NCBI GenBank assembly: GCA_037139685.1
Contig: JBAXFZ010000001.1
Location: 1-58,882 of the forward strand
DNA length: 58,882 nucleotides
Direction of reading: 5' to 3'
Source: Bacteroidota bacterium
GTDB lineage: Bacteria; Bacteroidota; Bacteroidia; Bacteroidales; FEN-979
The notes under the pieces were generated by a model, which made no database searches, had not been told where the DNA came from, and worked only from the letters and a program-made list of their open reading frames with translations. The position numbers and the translations under genes were made by a program. Of this stretch, positions 53,669 to 58,882 are shown in pieces. Position 1 is the stretch's first letter, and every line of letters begins with the position of its first letter.

Positions 53669-55378
53669 CTATTTAAGCTTTACCAACCTGGAGGTTTCTG
53701 TTTGCGATCCGGCAGATAACCGGCAGATATAGAATCCTGCAGGGAGTTGTTCTCCGGTGACATTCACCGAGTAGCTGCCTGCCGGCTGGGTTTTATCAAC
53801 CAGGGTCATGATTTCCGACCCGTAAAGATTGCATAGAACAACTTTCACAGGGCACTCTGCCGGGAGCTTATAACTGATTTTTGCTGCATCCCTGAATGGA
53901 TTCGGATAGCATGAGAGTGAAAGGCCCGGCTGCTCCGGAGCCTCGCCCATACCCACGATGTACGGGTTGATGTGCGTATAATAGACATCCTCCTCACCGT
54001 TCAGGGTATTCGACCAGGCAAGGTGTGCCCCTGCATTATCAGAAACCATATCGAAATAATCGCCCATTTTTGCCTGCTGGGGATATCCTACCTGCGGATC
54101 GAAACTGGCAGAGAGCCTGACGTTGTTCGACCAGGTTTGTCCCTGGTCGGCTGAATAGCAAAAATAGAGCGACGAGAGAAAGGTGCCTGCAGGAGCGTCG
54201 CGCGTATCGAGCCAGGCAACATCTATCCTGCCGTTCGGGGCAACCGACATGGTTGCCAGCCACTGGTAGTTTGAAGTACTGACATCGGTGTTGAGGCGGA
54301 CAGGGGGATCAAATGTCAGCCAGTCAACCGTACTCCTGGCAAACATAACGTCACCGGGATCACCGTTTGACAATCGCTGCATGGCTGCCAGGACATAGAC
54401 ATTCCCCCTGCCAGGACCATTTGAACGGTCAACATCGACATTGGCCTGACCCAGAATTCCTAGCGGGTTGATGGGTGCCTGTGAAACGATGGTTCCGTCC
54501 ATATCGACCTGTGTAACGAAATCCCATGAAATGACAGAACCAGGGGTTTGGGCGTTGTACGATTTTGACACCGTGATGCCGTCAGGATTGCCGGCACCCA
54601 CTACTAACAGTTCTCCCGACGGCCCTACGGCCATGGTGCCCCAATAGGGATCATTGTCAACCCACACACAGTCCTCGTAGCTTGTGCCTGCATTGGCCGA
54701 ACGGGTCAGAAAACCCGGCTGGCATGAACTGTAATACTGCGTCCAGAAAGAATAAATGTTTCCCGAGCCCGGCCCTTTGGTCCGGTCAATGGTCATCCAC
54801 TGCTTGTCGCCGCCGTGAGCGTCGGTTCCCAGGTCCCATGTGGCTCCGCCGTTGGTGCTTTTATATACCTTGCAGGTGTATGCCCCGGAGTTGTTGGTCA
54901 GTGAATTATAAAAAAAATTGCCGGCGGTATCAAAATCAAGTACGGGATCGGAACGGAAAATCTGGGGATCGATCACCCCAGGGAAGGTCCAGTGCTGGCC
55001 GCCATCCGATGAATAACCATATCCTGCCTGCCTGAAATTGCTTGTGATGTTGTCAAATTGCCGCCACCCGATGACCATGTTGTTGGGATTCTTTGGATCT
55101 ACGGCTATCGAGGGTTCGTTGGCAGCATCCCCGACAATGTTCTCACCGTTCGCATTCACATTGACCTGGCTTGTAAAGTACCCCGTGCCCGTGACCATAT
55201 GAGCCGGCGAGGTTTTCAGGTTGCCACCCGGCGGAGGAAGGTATTTGTTATCCGGAATTTCCTGGTGGGTCTTTACTTTTTCGGCAGCCGTGAGGCGCCT
55301 GTTCTGGCTGAATGATGCCAACGGGATTGTCAGGATTATCCCTGCCAGGGATAAAACCTGTATGAATCTGTTTTTCAT
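53669..55378 (-). CDS. BNR/Asp-box repeat sialidase-like glycosidase with T9SS C-terminal sorting domain
   Basis: Asp-boxes are SSDGGQHW, STNGGATW and SADQGQTW. The C-terminal segment CYPNPFRDAAKISYKL...GFYICRLSAGSQTETSRLVKLK is a T9SS CTD pattern. Confidence 0.8.
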   Translation of the reverse strand: MKNRFIQVLSLAGIILTIPLASFSQNRRLTAAEKVKTHQEIPDNKYLPPPGGNLKTSPAHMVTGTGYFTSQVNVNANGENIVGDAANEPSIAVDPKNPNNMVIGWRQFDNITSNFRQAGYGYSSDGGQHWTFPGVIDPQIFRSDPVLDFDTAGNFFYNSLTNNSGAYTCKVYKSTNGGATWDLGTDAHGGDKQWMTIDRTKGPGSGNIYSFWTQYYSSCQPGFLTRSANAGTSYEDCVWVDNDPYWGTMAVGPSGELLVVGAGNPDGITVSKSYNAQTPGSVISWDFVTQVDMDGTIVSQAPINPLGILGQANVDVDRSNGPGRGNVYVLAAMQRLSNGDPGDVMFARSTVDWLTFDPPVRLNTDVSTSNYQWLATMSVAPNGRIDVAWLDTRDAPAGTFLSSLYFCYSADQGQTWSNNVRLSASFDPQVGYPQQAKMGDYFDMVSDNAGAHLAWSNTLNGEEDVYYTHINPYIVGMGEAPEQPGLSLSCYPNPFRDAAKISYKLPAECPVKVVLCNLYGSEIMTLVDKTQPAGSYSVNVTGEQLPAGFYICRLSAGSQTETSRLVKLK

Positions 55379-55449
55379 AGCTCAAATTTATGAATTAAAA
55401 TATTTACACGGCCAGGTTAATATTTACTTTTGTTAAAAAATTCCGATCT

Positions 55450-55743
55450 ATGATTGCAATTCATTCCGTTTACCTGAAACCGCTGGAGGAGGTGGATAAA
55501 TACCTGCCCGGCCACCGTGCGTTTTTAAAAACCCTCTATGATAAGGGAATAACGATCTGTTCAGGACCGCAAATCCCGAGAACAGGGGGGTTCATCCTGA
55601 TGAATGCGGCAACCAGGGCGGAGGCGATGGAGATCATGAAGGATGACCCCTATGCCTTAAATAAGGTTGCAGAATATTCGTTTATTGAATTTGACCTGAA
55701 GAGTTTTGCTCCAGGGTTTGAAAAGTTCACCCAGGGCCATTAG
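55450..55743 (+). CDS. YciI family protein
   Basis: 97 aa, with YLPGHRAFLKTLYDKG...GGFILMNAATRAEAMEIMKDDPY, a YCII-like pattern. Confidence 0.7.
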   Translation: MIAIHSVYLKPLEEVDKYLPGHRAFLKTLYDKGITICSGPQIPRTGGFILMNAATRAEAMEIMKDDPYALNKVAEYSFIEFDLKSFAPGFEKFTQGH

Positions 55744-55786
55744 CCCGGGCGCAATTCATTGCAAAGTATGCAGTTATTGTTGTTCA

Positions 55787-56620
55787 TCAGAACTCGTCCG
55801 GGAGACTTTTCAGCTGTTCATTGGTAAAGACCGGCCCATCCTTGCATACATAGGTTGACCCGATGTTGCACCTGCCGCATTTTCCGAGGCCGCACTGCAT
55901 TTTCATCTCCAGGGTGGTGATAATGTCCTTGTCGGCAAATCCGAGCTTCAGAAGCGACTGTATCGTGTATTTGATCATAATGGGAGGGCCGCAGGTAATC
56001 ACCTTTGTGTTTTCGATCACGGGCTTCACCACCTCCTCAAGAATTTTGGGAACCACACCCACATTGTCATTCCAGTTATCTTCAGTCTTATCGATGGTAA
56101 GTACCACGCGGAGGCTCTTGTCGGCCTGCCACTCCCTGATCTCATCCTTATAGCACAGGCCATCCGACGTGCGTGCACCGTAGAGGATTGTAAAATCCTT
56201 ATAATCACTCCGGTTATCGATGCAATACTGGATCAGTGAGCGAAGCGGTGCCAGCCCGATGCCGCCGCCAACGAAAAGCAGGTTTTTTCCCTTTATATCA
56301 TCCAGGGGGAACCAGTTTCCGAATGGGCCGCGGATGCCTACTTCATCGCCCTCCTCAATGCTGTTGTGGATATCGGCGGTTACCACCCCCGCTTTTTTTA
56401 TGGAACAGTCGAAATAACCTTTCCGGGTAGCCGATGAGGCAATGCAGAAGGTACATTCGCCGGAACCAAGCAACGAAAATTCAACAAACTGCCCGGGTAA
56501 AAAGGCAAATTGATCCATCAGTCCCTCTTCCCTGAATTTCAGGCGATAGGTGCGGATATCGGCTGTCTCCTGAATGACTTTGTCAACCTTGCAGATCATT
56601 GGCACTAAAAGCTTTTCCAT
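55787..56620 (-). CDS. FAD/NAD(P)-binding oxidoreductase with C-terminal [2Fe-2S] (FlxA / HydG / AsrB / PyrK-like)
   Basis: It contains the ferredoxin-reductase-type segments LPGQFVEF and LLFVGGGIGLAPLRSL, and the C-terminal motif CGLGKCGRCNIGSTYVCKDGPVF. Confidence 0.8.
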   Translation of the reverse strand: MEKLLVPMICKVDKVIQETADIRTYRLKFREEGLMDQFAFLPGQFVEFSLLGSGECTFCIASSATRKGYFDCSIKKAGVVTADIHNSIEEGDEVGIRGPFGNWFPLDDIKGKNLLFVGGGIGLAPLRSLIQYCIDNRSDYKDFTILYGARTSDGLCYKDEIREWQADKSLRVVLTIDKTEDNWNDNVGVVPKILEEVVKPVIENTKVITCGPPIMIKYTIQSLLKLGFADKDIITTLEMKMQCGLGKCGRCNIGSTYVCKDGPVFTNEQLKSLPDEF

Positions 56621-56632
56621 AGAAATATAGAT

Positions 56633-56656
56633 AAATGGCGAAATGGCGAAATAGCG
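56633..56656. repeat. 3-unit octamer array (AAATGGCG family) upstream of the FlxA-like gene
   Basis: The units read AAATGGCG AAATGGCG AAATAGCG, beginning 13 nt from the ATG at 56620. Confidence 0.95.
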
Positions 56657-56700
56657 AAAAAATTCAAATAATCATTTATTCAAGTAATAATGTCATCCCT

Positions 56701-56736
56701 GCATTGACTGCATTGTTTGCATTGTTTGCATTGTTT
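56701..56736. repeat. 4-unit nonamer array abutting the FlxB-like stop
   Basis: The units read GCATTGACT GCATTGTTT GCATTGTTT GCATTGTTT. Confidence 0.95.
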
Positions 56737-57795
56737 TCATTCCTGCCCTGCGCTGGCCGACACCTGGTTAACCACCTCGAAAATGCTGATGTTCACCGGG
56801 CAGGCGATGGTGCATTTTCCGCATCCCACGCAGAGATTTTCGCCAAACCGTTCCTTATAGTAAACAAATTTATGCATGGCACGTTGTCTCCAGCGGCGGT
56901 ATTTTGCCGGGCGCGGGTTATGGCCGCCGGCCATCAGGGTAAAATAACCGTTGTTGCAGGAGTCGTAACTCTTGTAACGGACACCCGTATCCTTCACCTT
57001 TTCATCGGAAATTTTAAAGCAGTGGCAGGTGGGGCAGACGAAAGCACAGGTATTGCAGCTGATGCAGTTCCCGGAGACATTTTCAAATTCGGGGGTGTCG
57101 AAGATCTTTGAAAGCCGGGCGTTCACCTCGCTGTAATCCATTTTAAGGCGGAAGGAACCGGCAAAACCGGCGTATTGTTTGCCCATTTCAGGATTTGCAA
57201 TCTCATCCGTGACAGGCGACCCGTGACCTGTAACCGATCCGGCAAGGAAGGCCTCGCCTTTCCCGGTTCTGGCCTTTATGTAAATCTTTCCATCCTGGCC
57301 GTTCACGATAAGCACGTCCAGTGCGTCGAGATTTTCAACATCGTAGTCGAGCGAGGTGCAGAAGCAATGTGTGTCGGCCTTGTCGCAACGGGTCGAGATG
57401 ATAAGGGTGTTGGTGCGCCTTTTCTGGTAGTCGGTATCGATATAATCCCAGTTGTACACTTTGTCGAGCACCTGCAGGCTGCGGGCGTCGCAATGCTTCA
57501 CCCCGAGGATGACGCGTTTGGAAGCCAGCGGGTCTTCATCCACTTCGCTGACGTCGGTTCCCGCACTGGTGGCCACATACTTCATAACCTTGGCCGACCG
57601 CGGAAAGAAAAGCGGCTTGATGCTCTGGGTTTTGGCGATGGGCGACTCAGGATCACATTCCGAAAGGAGGGTCACCCGTTTAAAATCAAATTTGCCGAAT
57701 TTCTCAACCGGGGCATAGGTTTCATGACCGGCCACAATGGCTTCGTAAAATTTCTGCAGGCCGGCTTTATCGGTAACAAACGTTGAAAAGCTCAT
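56737..57795 (-). CDS. 4Fe-4S dicluster protein (FlxB / HydB / AsrA-like)
   Basis: Contains CISCNTCAFVCPTCHCF and CVGCGKCTIACP. 352 aa. Confidence 0.78.
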   Translation of the reverse strand: MSFSTFVTDKAGLQKFYEAIVAGHETYAPVEKFGKFDFKRVTLLSECDPESPIAKTQSIKPLFFPRSAKVMKYVATSAGTDVSEVDEDPLASKRVILGVKHCDARSLQVLDKVYNWDYIDTDYQKRRTNTLIISTRCDKADTHCFCTSLDYDVENLDALDVLIVNGQDGKIYIKARTGKGEAFLAGSVTGHGSPVTDEIANPEMGKQYAGFAGSFRLKMDYSEVNARLSKIFDTPEFENVSGNCISCNTCAFVCPTCHCFKISDEKVKDTGVRYKSYDSCNNGYFTLMAGGHNPRPAKYRRWRQRAMHKFVYYKERFGENLCVGCGKCTIACPVNISIFEVVNQVSASAGQE

Positions 57796-57810
57796 AGGTT
57801 TTGAATCGGA

Positions 57811-58665
57811 TTACATGATAAAATCATCGGGATCTTTCAGACTATACTTGTAGAAGGCACCGCGCTCTTCGGGAACAACCCCGGCCAGGTGCTCCTGGAA
57901 GTTCTCATAGATCACACTCTCATTCTGTTTGTGCAGCAAATGCAAGGGGAGATGGCTCGGACAGGCCTTCTCGCAGTTCCGGCAATCGACACAGCGCCCG
58001 GCCAGGTGAAGCGACCATGTCATCAGGGCATGGAAGGCGGCCGAGGTGGTGTTGGCACCGTTATAGAGTGTAGCGGTTTCCTGGTCGATGCAGCATTTGG
58101 CGCAATAGCACAGCGGGCACGAATGGCGGCAGGCATTGCAGCGGATGCAGTTTTCGAACACCTCTTCAAAATAGGAGGCACGGCCGGTCAACGGCATCGC
58201 AGCCAGGGCGGCAACATCTGCGTTCATTTTATAAGACTCCGACCGGCTCCCCGGTGTGCCCAGCAATTCATCGAACACTACCGCATCGGGAACCATGCAA
58301 TCGATGCAGTTCTGCATCTTCCCGCCGGCATCATCCACAACACCTTCGCATGCAATACCAACCACATAAAGGTTTTCGCGTTTCACCTGGCTTTCGGTAA
58401 GCATCAGGTTCAGAGACCGGCTGTCGCATCCCTTTACCACGAGGCCAACCCTTTTCCTGCGGGTATGGTCGGTTTTGAGATAATTAACGAGGTTGAAAAC
58501 CGATTTATCGGTGAATACCAGCTTGGAAACGTCGTTCGGATCGGTGACAAGCACCGGCACCTGGTTGTCGTCGAATCCATTCATCCGGTAGCCGACAAAC
58601 ACATCGATCTTTCCATCAGCAAAAAGTTTCGCCGCGATCTCCTGGATCTGTTTCGTGTAGTTCAT
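57811..58665 (-). CDS. iron-sulfur protein (FlxC-like)
   Basis: Contains CIRCNACRHSCPLCYCAKCC and CVDCRNCEKACP. Its start overlaps the upstream stop (ATGA). Confidence 0.7.
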   Translation of the reverse strand: MNYTKQIQEIAAKLFADGKIDVFVGYRMNGFDDNQVPVLVTDPNDVSKLVFTDKSVFNLVNYLKTDHTRRKRVGLVVKGCDSRSLNLMLTESQVKRENLYVVGIACEGVVDDAGGKMQNCIDCMVPDAVVFDELLGTPGSRSESYKMNADVAALAAMPLTGRASYFEEVFENCIRCNACRHSCPLCYCAKCCIDQETATLYNGANTTSAAFHALMTWSLHLAGRCVDCRNCEKACPSHLPLHLLHKQNESVIYENFQEHLAGVVPEERGAFYKYSLKDPDDFIM

Positions 58666-58882
58666 TTCTTTTCGAAATTTTCTTTTTTATACAAATGAAG
58701 CGGGCCGAGTTTCTTGATATCTTCGGTCACCTTGTTCACCACCTTGGCGAATTTCGGGCCTTCGGCAGCCGAAACCCAGGAAAATTGAACCCGGTTTTCG
58801 TGGAATCCCACAAAATTCAATAGTTTCTTAGTGACCAGGAAACGGCGGCGGGCAAAATAATTCCCTGTGATGTAGTGGCAGT
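58662..58882 (-). CDS. MvhD/FlxD-like hydrogenase iron-sulfur subunit (C-terminal part; N-terminus beyond the window end)
   Basis: My translation of the minus strand is CHYITGNYFARRRFLVTKKLLNFVGFHENRVQFSWVSAAEGPKFAKVVNKVTEDIKKLG...*, an MvhD-type motif (CH...GN..A..R....WvSa.EG). Confidence 0.75.
   Translation of the reverse strand, partial: CHYITGNYFARRRFLVTKKLLNFVGFHENRVQFSWVSAAEGPKFAKVVNKVTEDIKKLGPLHLYKKENFEKK

Noticed and set aside
1-58882. I scanned the spacers and gene products by eye for prophage, integron, transposon, toxin-antitoxin and known defence-system genes, and for tRNA or rRNA genes.
   Set aside because: I found no integrase, transposase, recombinase, nuclease/helicase or methylase signature and no tRNA-like cloverleaf. 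The window looks like core chromosome plus surface-protein loci.

Overview
Chromosomal segment that looks Bacteroidota-like: it has T9SS C-terminal sorting domains, TAnnTTTG-type promoter boxes and U-rich leaders without Shine-Dalgarno sequences. Most genes are on the minus strand. I saw no rRNA, tRNA, CRISPR, transposase, integrase or phage genes. Layout: (1) 1-13.1 kb is a 14-gene complex I operon, nuoA to nuoN (nuoN runs off the window), with an unusually short NuoG. (2) 13.2-23 kb holds a GH29 fucosidase, a lipoprotein + LruC operon behind a good sigma-54 promoter, an adjacent Hpt protein and NtrC-type activator, a secreted Fe/Mn SOD with an extra C-terminal domain, and a DUF2339 membrane protein. 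(3) 23-33 kb is a cell-surface locus: a 1604-aa beta-helix repeat protein, a small exosortase plus partner membrane protein, an IPxLxxWG-CTERM substrate candidate and a C25 peptidase. (4) 33-40 kb holds small accessory enzymes. (5) 40.5-47 kb holds an uncharacterised five-gene secreted-protein cluster, an orphan LytTR regulator and LytTR-style direct repeats. (6) 47-55.4 kb holds a DAACS transporter and a surface-protein operon with a T9SS gene split by one in-frame TAA, an 86-aa PID-CTERM-like mini-protein and a BNR sialidase-like T9SS cargo. (7) 55.8-58.9 kb is a Flx/Hdr-like FeS-flavoprotein module (the MvhD-like gene runs off the window). The most unusual signal is non-genic: a dispersed family of 7-9 nt tandem micro-arrays fills the intercistronic spacers of the nuo and Flx-like operons. 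Several occur as opposed arrays that can pair, and one octamer array sits in-frame inside nuoL. All functional calls come from motif recognition by eye; no database search was run.
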